Positions 12,597 through 24,027 of a DNA stretch of 64,000 nucleotides are shown here, piece by piece. Numbering within the stretch: position 1 is the first letter of the stretch; every line of letters begins with the position of its first letter. The translations under genes were made by a program, and so were the position numbers. Source of the stretch: Squalus acanthias (taxonomy: Eukaryota). Under the pieces are notes generated by a model. That model was not told the origin of the DNA and ran no database searches. It saw only the letters and a list, made by a program, of their open reading frames with translations. Where the stretch lies: the NCBI GenBank assembly GCA_030390025.1, contig CM059430.1, forward strand, positions 44,702,001-44,766,000, written 5' to 3'.

Positions 12597-13353
12597 TCAG
12601 CAAGAGGTAAATGTGTGATAGGTAACACTTTGTGGCATACTTGAGCCACCTATTTAGTAAATGGCTTTGTTTGGTAGTCTTACCTTTGCAGCTTTGTTAA
12701 GGCGTGCTGTCTTCTTCTGCTTCTGTTCCTACCTCAGGCACCAATCACTCAAACTGAAGGTTCAGCCATTGATTTTTGCCAGCACTTCTTTCCCCCAAGT
12801 CTGCTTTTACACCCATATACAACTACTGTCTGCATAAACAGGATAGGACAACAGAGCCTGAGGGCAGACCATTGCCTGAGCAAATATGACTGACTAGTGA
12901 ACAGACGCACTGCTTGCATAAAGTACACTGGAAGTGAACTCAACCGGCAATGACCTAAATCCATCTGTATTTCCAGGGTCAGGTAATTTACTTAGACCAA
13001 ATAATCCCCTGGTGCAAGCCTGTCCTCCTAGGAGGGCCTAGCACCTGGAAGCAGGGAAGGAACATCAGCTGCTGCTGCAGATTCAAGAATCCAGCAGCTG
13101 TGGAAATGTCCACCAGCAGCAGGGCCTTCTGGCTGTTATCTAAAACCATACAAAATAGCAAAATACCACAAAATAGATCGCTGGCAAGACAAGAGCTTGA
13201 ATCACTGCTCACTGTAATATTGCAGCCAGCATCTGGTCAACAAAGAGGGGCAAAAAAAATGTCGAAAAACCAAGCCCATGACTGCAGCTGAGCTCCGAGA
13301 TAAACCAATCCTACCAAATGCGCCTGGTGACAGGCTTTGAGGGCCACTTGTGC

Positions 13354-13490
13354 TTCTTCTTCTTAGGCAGTCCCTCGGAACCGAGGATGACTTGCTTCCA
13401 CATTAAAAATGAGTTCTCAGGTGACTGATGAGTCCAATGCGGGACCTACAGTCTCTGTCACAGGTGGGGCAGACGGTGGCTGAAAGTGTC
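13354..13490 (-). mobile_element. RTE-clade LINE 3' end with 11-bp TSD
   Basis: (GAA)n tail on the minus strand; gccacttgtgc at 13343-13353 and 13491-13501. The clade call is from recollection of RTE 3' ends. Confidence 0.75.
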
Positions 13491-14387
13491 GCCACTTGTG
13501 CATACATCCTATGATGCCCATACATTCCTACTGTCACTCAGTATCAGCTTCCAGGGCAATTAACTTTCCATAACAAGGCAGGACCTGATCTAGGCTGTAT
13601 TCAATGCATCTATTCTAACCTAAGGGTAAATTCCAAAAGGTTCCCTACACAGATTACACTCCTGTAGCATTCATCCAAAGGGCATAAAAAGACCATTAAA
13701 TATGACAGGCTGTATGATATTTGAAGAAAGGGCACCACACGGGCTATTGGCATGCTAGGAGGAACAGCATTTAACCCCTGTGCCACCCAGGCATTAAATA
13801 CCTCAGTAAATGCAGCACTGATTTCTGTAATACTATTGTGGATGCATCTTTATCATCATCATCCTCCTCAATACTTTCTCTTCATCTTCCTCCATTTTCA
13901 TTTCATCCACAACATACTAATAATGGGGGAAAATAGCTGCAATAAAATCAACCATGTTAGCAACAGACTATCGGAGAGAATTCGTTTATCAATCAAATGC
14001 TGTCGATTACTTGTACCCCAAAACCCTGTAATTCCACCTCCACTGGGGGATTAGACTCCCTGCAATTGTCTCTGCAGATTGAGGACCTGGAGAGCATAGC
14101 ACGGTAGAGAGCGGGTCAAGGATATCATGAACCGCCAAAGTTGTTAAATCTGGATGGTCACCACTCATTGCCTACTCTAGGAAGCAGTCAACAGAATCTT
14201 GCAAAAGAGACAATCTAAAGTGAAGGGAACAGATGGAGACCACCTGCAATGAGGAGAACTCAACTTATTGCTGGACTGTTGAGAAGGGTCTTGATTAAAC
14301 TGGTTGACTGTGGTAAAGAGTCTAAACTAACTTGCTAAGAGCTCACAGGCAACCCATCCTTTTCATTTAGATGTTTACTTCCCAATA

Positions 14388-14694
14388 GAAGAAAGACTTG
14401 CATTTATATAGAGCCTTTCATGAACACCAGACGTACCAAAGCGCTTTACAGCCAATGAAGTACTTTTGAAGTGGAGTCACTGTTGTAATGTAGGCAGCAC
14501 GGCAGCCAATTTGCGCACAGCAAGCTCCCACAAACAGCAATGTGATAATGACCAGATCATCTGTTTTTGTTATGTTGATTGAGGGATAAATATTGGTCAG
14601 GATACCGGGGATAACTCCTTTGCTCTTCTTTGAAATAGTGCCATGGGATCTTTTACGTCCACCTGAGAGAGCAGACGGGGCCTCGGTTTAACAT
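14388..14694 (-). mobile_element. 5'-truncated Deu-domain SINE
   Basis: Close match to 12127-12440; possible TSD ccaata. Confidence 0.88.
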
Positions 14695-15981
14695 CCAATA
14701 CAGGTTAAAGGGCTGAAAGAAGAAAAACTCTCCGCAGCTGAGCTAAAAAGATCACTGGCCCTATCAACAGCTGAGGTAAAATCTCATCCCCTGTATTTTC
14801 AACTGCCCCATAAATGGGGCAAAGCCAACCAGAGCAGACAAGGTCTGTGACAATCCAGAAGTTGACTGATTCGGGGTACTGGTAAGCAATAGGCACTGAG
14901 CTGCTCATCCTGCCCCTTCTTCCTGAGATCAGTCAGCTGGGAGCAATCCAATGCCTCTTGATTTTCTAGATAAATGCCTAAAAATTCCTATTCCAAAGAG
15001 AAGGTAGGCTGGTTCTAACCAGAAGGATCCATCACAGTGTGGCTGGACTTTTTAGTCTTCTTAGAATGTTTCTTAGAGCTTTGACTTTGTCTTAAGTTTA
15101 CCATTTTGTTACTTCTAGGCTACAGAATTTGACTAGGCAAGCTGAAGAAAATTGGCAATTGAACATAGTAGGGAGGCACAATTTGGGCAATTGTCATGCC
15201 CATTTGCAACAGAAAATTGACTGTCACACATCTTGCAGTGGTTTCTTCAAATTAAAAGATGTCTCACTAGATCAAAGCGGTAGAGTTCTGTTAAGGAGAA
15301 GTCACCTCTGCTGAACTTATATGCAAAGGGTCATCTAGAAGACGGAGAATACCATATAAACCAACCTATCAAGAGTTAAAAGCTGTACTTATCTCTCTTT
15401 AAGTTTGCTAAAATCTGTACCTATTTCTCCAGAAGTGATGCTGGGAGCTTAGACAACCTTCTCAATTCTGGGGAAAGGAACTGAACTATTGGGGTGAATT
15501 TTAACTTGCACGTGGGTTTGGGAGCGGGTGGGGGGTTAATAGCATGGAAACTGACAACACGTCAGGAAACCGGCTCCAACCTGGCAACTTCCACATTTAA
15601 CTGCAGCACGTTAGGCTGCGTGCGAGCAATCCCCTCGGGAGAGACGGGTTGTCAATTTTAATATGTTAATCGCTCAATTACAGCGATATTGACATGGCTT
15701 TTGGAATTTAACTGTGGGTGCACAGGTTTCCCGGGCTTCCTGGAACTCGCCAGTGAAAGCAAGGCAAGAACACAGTGGCAATTGAAGGGGCTGAAGACAT
15801 GACAGGGAAATATGCCAATAAGTACTGAAACCTCACAGCTGATTTCTTGCCTAATTGTACGAAAGGCTTTGTTCACAGTACTTGTGCTGAGAGGTTACTT
15901 TCATAATGTTAGAAGTGCCTTTCACAACTTGAGGTTTGTAAGCCTGATCTCCACTTTGGAGCTGTGATCTATCAGATCAGC

Positions 15982-17125
15982 ATGGGTGCCGCTTATGCTG
16001 TTTTACTTTGGACCTCAGATGAGGACCAAGATGACCAGCAGCATCAACAGCACCAGCAGCAGCAGGAAGACCATCAGCAGCAGAAGCAGCACCAGCCTGT
16101 TCCTCACAGACCTACCGCTCCACAGGAGAAAGGGGATGAGCTGAGAGGTGCAGCTTGCAGGAGGCCATACCTGCAACACAGGCAGAGGATCAGCTTCCTG
16201 GATATGTCGGAACACCAGTGTCTCAGGAGGCTCAGGGTCTCGCGTCAGGTGGTGGCAGACATTTGCAGCCTGCTGGAGCAAGACCTGCTGCCAACTGGAC
16301 CTGGTGGCCACGCTTTACCAGTGGCTGTCAAAGTCACCACCGCCCTCAACTTCTTTGCCTCTGGCTCCTTCCAGGGCTCTGCCGGAGACATTTGCAGGAT
16401 CTTGCAGTCAGGCAGCCAGAAGACTGATGGCTTCTTTGCCAGGTCTGGCAATTATGTCAACTTTGCCAGCGATGATGCCAGTGGGCGCTCGGCTTTGCGG
16501 CCCTGGCTGGCTTCCCACAGGTGCAGGGCATCATCGACTGTACGCATGTGGCAATTAAAGCACCCCAGGTCACCCAGGAGTATTCATCAATCGCAAGGGC
16601 TTCACTCCATAAATGTGCAGCTGGTGTGCAACCACAAAAAGATGTATATGCAGGTATGTGCAAGATTCCCAGACAGCTGCTATAATGCTTTCTTCCTGCA
16701 GCAGTCCACCCTCCCTGATCTCTTCACACCTCGAAGCAGACTTACCAGCTGGAGTCAAGGGATACCCACTTAAAATGTGGCTGATGACACCTGTGAGGAA
16801 CCCAACCAATGAGGCCCAATGAAAGCCATACGATGTGTCATTGAGGAAACCATCGCTTCAGGTGCCTGGACAGATCTGGAGACGCCCTTCAGTACGCAGC
16901 AGCCAGGATCTCCAGAATGGTCGTGGTGTGCTGCGCTCTGCACTCTGCACAACATTGCACAGCAGTGAGGTTTGGACCTGCAGGAGGAACAAGGCACAGA
17001 GCACGGAGCCTCTTCAGATGATTCCGAGGAGGAAAAGGAGCAGGAAATGGAACGTGATGTGGCCAAGGCACCAGCAGTGGTGCACATTGGTGCCCGGGAT
17101 GCCCTCATTATTGCAAGGTTCACTT
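15982..17125 (+). pseudogene. Harbinger DDE transposase, frameshifted, Q-rich N-terminus
   Basis: SDEDQDDQQHQQ..., [41 protein letters not shown]. Confidence 0.9.
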
Positions 17126-17439
17126 TGGTTCCACCAGTCCACCCATCTGACAGCCACTTGCAAAAGCCACTTCTACCCCACCCCCATCCCAAACATAAAG
17201 CAGTCCTGCAAACAACCAAGCATCCTTTTCACAGCCCCCCATTGCTCAGCGTCTATTCTTGTCTTACCATTCATCACAAGTGAAAAGGCCACTTGCCAGG
17301 CAGCAACCAAAAATGGGCAACACAGGAAAGTGGTGGAAACAAATAATATTTATGTGGCTCAAAAATGAAACAGAACTTAACAATCTGACAATGTGTAATA
17401 CGCCCATGTGCATACCCTTGTGCAACCACAAATCTTTAC

Positions 17440-19130
17440 TCTGCCTCTTCCTAGCACTTCTACGTGGTGCAACCCCTGTGACTTCAGCAGAGGTAGAAGC
17501 AGGCTGCTCAGATCCCTGCTCTGACTGCTGAGATGCTCTTAGCCAACGTCCTCTGGGTTTTGGAGCCTGTGAGGGACTCGCCAAAGACTGCTCCACCTGC
17601 ACTTGTGCAGGGGCTGACTCGGCCATCGGGACACGAGGCAGCATGTGGCATTCTGACTCGGGGTGGGGGGCAGCAACAGGTGAGAAGTGGTAGTGCCTTG
17701 AGCCGAGTCCCCACTTCCATATCCCCTTTCACCATCATCCCTCTCGTGGCCCACTCACACTTCCCTGCTAGCAATGAGCTGGAGGGCACTTTGCTGCAGG
17801 TCAGTGGGGCAATGAACGGCCAAGGCTCGGGCTTCATGGTGTCATTCATAGTGTGCAAGCCATTGGTGAGGGCCTGCGTACACTCATTTGATTGCCGCGT
17901 TTGCTGCTCCATGCAGGTGGTCACTCTTTCCATGGACGAAGACATTATCGCAAAGGTCTGCGACATCATGCCACTCATGCTTGAGATGGACTCCTCCAAT
18001 CTCTCAGCATGCATGCACCGTGCTCCTGGAAAGCCTGCCAGTACATTGCACATTCTTTGCTGCTGCTCCAGAAATATCCTCTTCATCGATGGCCCCCAAG
18101 GTTCAGGATCTGCGTCCACCTGAGCAGAGCTTGGAGCGTCCTGCAGCCTCCTACTTGGACACTCCACTGCTGTCCCTGTCTCCACCATCTGCTCATGCTC
18201 ACTTATGATGTGTGAGTCACCAGGTGAAAACCCAACTATCTTCCTTACCGGTCCCACTGAAGTGAGTATCTGAGCTGGTGCATGGTCTGCATGAGGCCTG
18301 TGACGGTGCACCCTCAGAGTGAATGACCTCCTTTGAGGAGTCATCATCATCCTCCTGCATCACCTCCTGCGGGATGCTTGAAGGCCCTGTGGGAAATTAA
18401 AGACATAAGTTAGAACTGTCAAGGTAAGAATGTTTTAAGTGATCATTATGCACATGATCATATTTCACTCGCTACTGACATCAAGTCAACATGAGTGAGT
18501 GTTGTATGCCTTGTGGCCATATCTAATTCTGTCACCAGGTAGCTGGGCAGCCCCCCAACTCCGATGGCCAAGCACACCGAGACTCCTCTGATGTCCAGCG
18601 CCTTCCCCTCTGCAGCTGTCAGTTGCGAGATGGCTGGAGAGCCACTCCAGTTCTCTGCCTCTCCCTCATGTTCTGTGCTCTCTTCTCCTGCAAGGAGGGA
18701 AAGAAGAGTGACAGTAATAGCATGTGTTGAACGGATGGATGGAAAGCATTTGTTGAGGGTGATTATGAGGGAGAGGCATGACATTGCATAAAGATGAGGG
18801 TGAGTGTCAGTGGTGGATGGACAGATGGGGATGTGAGGAAGTGCATAGACAGAGAGGGATGGGTGCACCTGCAAGATAAGTTGGTGTGAGGAGTGATGTG
18901 CTGGTGTAGGTGTTAGAAGGCAGAGGGAGGGGGTTGCCATGATACACACATCAGGATGTAGTTGAATTTGCTACTGTACTCACCTTTCCTTCTCTGCTTA
19001 GGTCATTAAACCGCTTTCGGCACTGAAATCAGAAGCATGGCACCACACTCCTGCTGCTGACCTCATGGGCAACCTCCAGCCACACCTTCTTGGTTTCACT
19101 GGCAGGCTTCTTCCTCCCGTCAGTAGGGAA
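17440..19130 (-). pseudogene. Harbinger Myb/SANT-like gene; exons about 19130-18984, 18687-18536 and 18386-17440
   Basis: Exon 1 encodes ETKKVWLEVAHEVSSRS...QCRKRFNDL and is followed by GTGAGT; acceptors ttgcag and cccacag; exon 3 is acidic then coiled-coil-like and ends in the basic RRSARKR. Confidence 0.75.
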
Positions 19131-19535
19131 CCTCGGAGTCAGAAGGTTGTGGGTGCAAGCCCCACGTCAGGAATTGGGCCTATAATCTAGGCTTAAACTT
19201 CAGTGCAGTACTGAGGGTGTACATTGTTTAAAGTGCTGTTTTTCAGATGAGACATTAAATCAAGGCCCTATCTGCTGATCAGGTGAGTGCACAAGATCCT
19301 GTGACATTATTCAAAGAAGTGCAAGGGAGTTCTCCCAGTGTTCTGACCAAAATATATCCCTCAACCAACATCACCAAAACAGGTTATCTGGACTTTTATT
19401 ATCTCATCACTATTTGCGGTCCTTGCTACCACATTTGACTACAAAACAGCAACTACACTTCACAGCCAATTAATTACTTTCGAAGACCTTTTAGGACATG
19501 AATAGCACTGTATAAATATAAGTCTTTCTTCTTTT
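19131..19535 (+). mobile_element. Deu-domain SINE with truncated 5' head
   Basis: gagtcagaaggttgtggg...cagatgagacattaaatcaaggccc...tataaatataagtctttct. Confidence 0.82.
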
Positions 19536-19941
19536 TCTCTCTCTCCCTCCCCCCAGTCAAATCAATGGCATCTAGGCTGACGATTTTGAGGGCCCGCTCC
19601 TCAAATCAAGAGTGAGATTTAGAAAGTTCACTTCCAGTCCAGAGTTTCTCCTGAATTTTCATCCTGCAAGCAGGAATTTCTAATGGGCCCTTTACCTTTC
19701 TGACACTGATAGCTGCTTTAGGGCAGTGTAAGCTGGCAGCACCAAGTTATACTGTCGCTCAGTATCAGTATGCTTGGGCAAAGTGGAGCTCTGTACATGT
19801 TTACTTAGCACATTGCCAGAGCTCCACTGAAGATGCCAGTAACATTTTAAGTGAGTGAAGAGCCAACTTGGCTTTTTGCTAATGTTACAAATGTAGAGGC
19901 TGTTCAGCAGACTGCCGGGGTGCTTTTTACTTTATTCTTGT

Positions 19942-20468
19942 ACAACAACAATAACTTGTATTTATATAGCGCCTTTAATGTAGTAAAACGTCCCAAGGCG
20001 CTGCACAGGAGTATTTTAAGACAAAAAATTTGACACCAATCCACATAAGGATAAATTAGGGCAGGTGACCAAAAGCTTGGTCAAAGAGGTAGGTTTTAAG
20101 GAGCGTCTTCAAGGAGGAAAGAGAGGTAGAAAGGCGGAGAGGTTTAGGCAGGGAATTCCAGAGCTTAGGGCCTAGGCAACAGAAGGCATGGCCACCAAAG
20201 GTTGAGCGATTATAATCAGGGATGCTCAAGAGGGCAGAATTAGAGGAGTGCAGATATCTCGGGAGGTTGTGGGGCTGAAGGAGATTACAGAGATAGGGAG
20301 GGATGAGGCCATGGAGGGATTTGAAAATAAGGATGAGATATTTGAAATCGAGGCGCTGCTTAACCGGGAACCAATGTAGGTCAGCGAGCACAGGGGTGAT
20401 GGGTGAACGGGACTTGGTGCGAGTTAGGACACAGGCAGCTGAGTTTTGGATGACCTCAAGTTTACGTA
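19942..20468 (-). mobile_element. L2-clade LINE 3' end
   Basis: LADLHWFPVKQRLDFK...PKLWNSLP...LKTYLF; tail aggcgctatataaatacaag(ttg)n. Confidence 0.9.
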
Positions 20469-20880
20469 GTTTAGAAAGATAGTTTCAGAGCAGTAACAAT
20501 TGTCATGAATCCTGCATTTACGAGTCTGCAGTTGGTCTCACACAGTTTGCCAAAATTCAATGCATCTAGTTTGGTTGAATTCACTTGAAATTACTTGTGC
20601 TGCAGTTTGTGTATTGGTGCAATATGAAAACTGCATTACATCGATATAGAAAGTACAATATGTAGGTTCATTGATTCACTCCATTCCAGGATGACCAATA
20701 GTATATGTACCGTAATAGATTTATAGCCCCTACAGTTAGACCCCAAAACGAAATTGCCGCAAAATTCATCCAGTCACATATCTTCCATACTCCCTATTCT
20801 ACCCAATGATGGGGTCAGCACCTACATGTCCAGGCACAGACGGTGCTTGGGCCCCTCTTACCTCGGCCTTCGGTCTCTAT

Positions 20881-21553
20881 GGGCGCGATCTTGCCAGCCC
20901 TGGAGAGGCGGGACTGCCGGGAAAATGGCAGAATTTGGGGACGGGTGCCCAACCCGCTTCGTGCCATCTTGCCAGGAGGCGGGTAGCCGTCCCGCGCCGG
21001 GTCCCGTCTCCTTGGAGGCGGGAAGGGGATTACAGCCGCTTAACTGCCTGTTAACAGGTAGTTAACAGGCAGATAAGAGGATTATCCCCATTTTACGCAC
21101 AAAAGTGCAGGCTTCCCGAAGGCTCCGAAACCCGCCAGGGTCACCGAGGCGAGTAGTGGGTCTGTGGGGGTCGGTGGGGTGCAAAAGTGCGCTGTGAAGG
21201 TAAGTGTGGAGAGGTGATTATGTGAGGTAAGTGGAAAGTATTAGAAAAAGTTTACTTACCTTTGTTTCTTCCTGCAGGCTTCAATCATTGGGTATGCGGA
21301 GCGTCTCGCACCTCACTGGCAGAGATGACAGATGGCTGTTGCATTCTCCAATTTTTGACAGATGAAACGTCATACGCTGACGTTCTCTGTAACCGGCTTT
21401 CCCTTAATTGGCCTGCTAAGCCCGCTGGGCGGGCTTAACAAGGTCAATCAAGGGAAAATAGCGTGGGTTGGCCTCAAATCGATGGAGGCAGGACATCGAC
21501 CCGCCAAGCAGCAGTCCCGCCTCCAACGCGCCCCCATTGGCAAAATCGCCCCC
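20881..21553. mobile_element. Non-autonomous Harbinger-type MITE, 673 bp
   Basis: TIRs gggcgcgatcttgcca / tggcaaaatcgccccc match at 14/16; repeated ggaggcggg; flanks TAT/ATT, so the TSD is imperfect. Confidence 0.82.
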
Positions 21554-23207
21554 ATTGTCTCTGGATTAATGGCCCATCCTGCAGACCTTGAAACTAATGG
21601 CTTTACTGACTGCAATCAAGTCTCAAAACATTGTTCTCTAATAATTTAATTAGAGGAATGAATGTTACTGTGGCCTATCAAAGCTAAGAAATTAAATGTA
21701 GTCTACCAAGGCCCAATATTCTAAACTAATTAAAGTTCTGTAAATTGGACAAAGGAATAAGAATTCCATAATACACATGGCTGCGGCTGGGGAAGTAAAT
21801 ACCAAGAAAGCGAGTTTCATACCTCAAGGTTCCTCCTTTGTTTTTCTTAGGAATACTCGTTAGTCTGGAAAACCCGGCTATCAATTGTAGCAGTTTAAGG
21901 TTGATCCACTGTTCCAGGCAAGGCTGCAATTTTTAATTCTCTTCGGCCTGTTTCCCCAAATACCTTCTAAAACCACACGTCTGCAGATTGAAGCCGATTC
22001 TTAATTTTTCAGCGTTGTAACGCTTGCGAATGAGCAGGAAAGTTTCATTCAGTTGAGCCTGCTGACTCTCCATTGTTCAAGCTGCTATGCTGCTAAATGG
22101 CTAATGGTAAAGGGGGAAATATTTAAGTTCTTTACAAAACCCATGACATCAGATTATATGAAATGGAGGCAAAGATAATTAAAAAACACAATCGACAAGC
22201 ATTAAGGGCACTTATAAAATAAAATGAGTTTCTCATAATATTGATCTTGTGCCTATGCTCTCAGCTTTTGGGGCCATGCTGTGGAACTCTGAAATAACCA
22301 TATGTGTGTTTTATAAAGTACATTGATAAGTCCTCATTTTTAAATAGGTGGATTTAGTGGAGAAAGGGGAGGAATGTTGTATAAGTAAAGGTATGAATTT
22401 ATTGTTCTGCACGTTTTCAAAATTTCATGTTGTATAACTTTGTGTCACTTGTGGGAATCCCTTGTTACATCCCTTCTCATTATTTAGGGTGTTCCAGTAT
22501 GAGTGTTGCTCCATATGCTATTTTCAAAACAATATTTCTACTCTGAATGGTTCACTTGCTGTGAAATGGCTGAGCACTGGTTTCATTTTGGCATAAGCTA
22601 TCCCACAAGCATATAAAAGCAAATCTCAGCACACAGGCACATTACTTACCATGGTCACCAGAGGTCTGACTATGTGCTTGTCGGAACAAAAAAGAGAAAG
22701 AGATGCACTCCAGCCCTGAGGGGTGAATTTATTGCCACAGGGTGACATTTCTTGATTTGACAGCAGCACAAGTCTTATGCCATTACTGTATCACTAGATT
22801 TGTGCAAACCTGTACAGGGGGAATCCAAGAGCCATGTTACCAAGAGTAATGTTTTATTTGTGGTTGCAAAGCTGCTTCTGTCCTGACATGCTATGCTACA
22901 AGGTCTTTTCAGATTGCTATCACTGCCCTCTCAGGTATTAGTCCATCTACCATCTTCATATTTGTTAGATAACTGCTGCATTGTTCTCAAGAACAGACAC
23001 CATGTCTCTTTGTATACAATTATACAACAGCAATACTGAGTAAACATGAATACAATACTACAGCGTGGCTTTCAAATGTCCTGGAAGCAACACAATAACA
23101 ATCGAGAATCTCAAGAATTTTAGACAAGTTGTTTGAAAACCATTAACATCCTTTTCTTTAATCTGTTGTTTTTATTTTATAAAGTATTTGATTGTTTAAA
23201 GTGAGTG

Positions 23208-23500
23208 CTAATGGCTCAATGAGAAATGCACTGCCTAGTCTGAGACTCAGCCAGACAGACCAGGAAAGTCCCAGGTTTGATCCCAGATCATATCTCAGCC
23301 AAGGGAGCAGCGTGGCATCACAATTGGCCTCAGTGCTCCCAGGCTGTGGAATGTAAAAAGTGACTAGCATTCCCACTTTTGCCAGTGCCATGTACTGAAA
23401 GTGTATGTGTGTTGTGGGCATGGGGTAAGGGCAGGATCTGACCAAGCTATGATGCTCCCTACAGTACTCACTACCCCAGTTAACATAAAATGTCAGCCCA
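23208..23500 (+). mobile_element. Old SINE-like repeat with a tRNA-like head, family not identified
   Basis: A-box-like tggctcaatga and B-box-like ggtttgatccc; a related stretch lies at ~39218-39310. Confidence 0.5.
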
Positions 23501-23613
23501 TTACCAGGTATAAACCCAAGGAAAAATGGGTAACAACCTACATTGTGGTCCAAAAATAAAAACTCTGCCTGCTGATAACAAACACAACTGTCATACAACA
23601 ATTAAATCCTGGA

Positions 23614-23725
23614 ATAACAACAGAAAACGCTGGAAAAACTCAGCAGGCCGGGCAACATCCGTGGAGAGAGAAAGAGAGTTAACGTTTCAGGTCGAAACCC
23701 TTCGTCGGAACTGAGAGAGCAAGAA
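23614..23725 (-). mobile_element. Short Penelope-type 3'/pLTR insertion with a hammerhead motif and 14-bp TSD
   Basis: TSD aattaaatcctgga at 23600-23613 and 23726-23739; similar to 58571-58701. Confidence 0.82.
23677..23712 (-). ncRNA. Minimal type-I hammerhead ribozyme motif with mutated core (CCGACGA)
   Basis: Minus strand agtt-CCGACGA-agggtttcgacct-GAAA-cgtt-aact. Confidence 0.6.
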
Positions 23726-24027
23726 AATTAAATCCTGGAGATACTTTTAGGATTTTACATATTTTAAATAAATTCTCTACACATTGGCATTGTAATGCTG
23801 TTTGTTACAAACTATATGCAATCTCCACAGCTACATTAAATATCTTGTCAATACCAGGAACTACTGCGACAATGAGGGTTAAATTTATTGAGATTCTACT
23901 GCCCCAAAAATTCTTCTTAAAAATATTTTTTTTTTCTTGTTGCTCAAAATATTTCTGAAAATAAAAGCATCTTTTGCAACCAATGATCTGAGCAGTAATT
24001 GATAATTCTTCACCACAATTTCAGAAC

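Larger units (their letters stand above)
15491..19130. mobile_element. PIF/Harbinger transposon with transposase and 3-exon Myb-like gene; right end missing at a SINE junction
   Basis: Left TIR ggggtgaatttt after ATT; both genes present and convergent. Confidence 0.88.
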
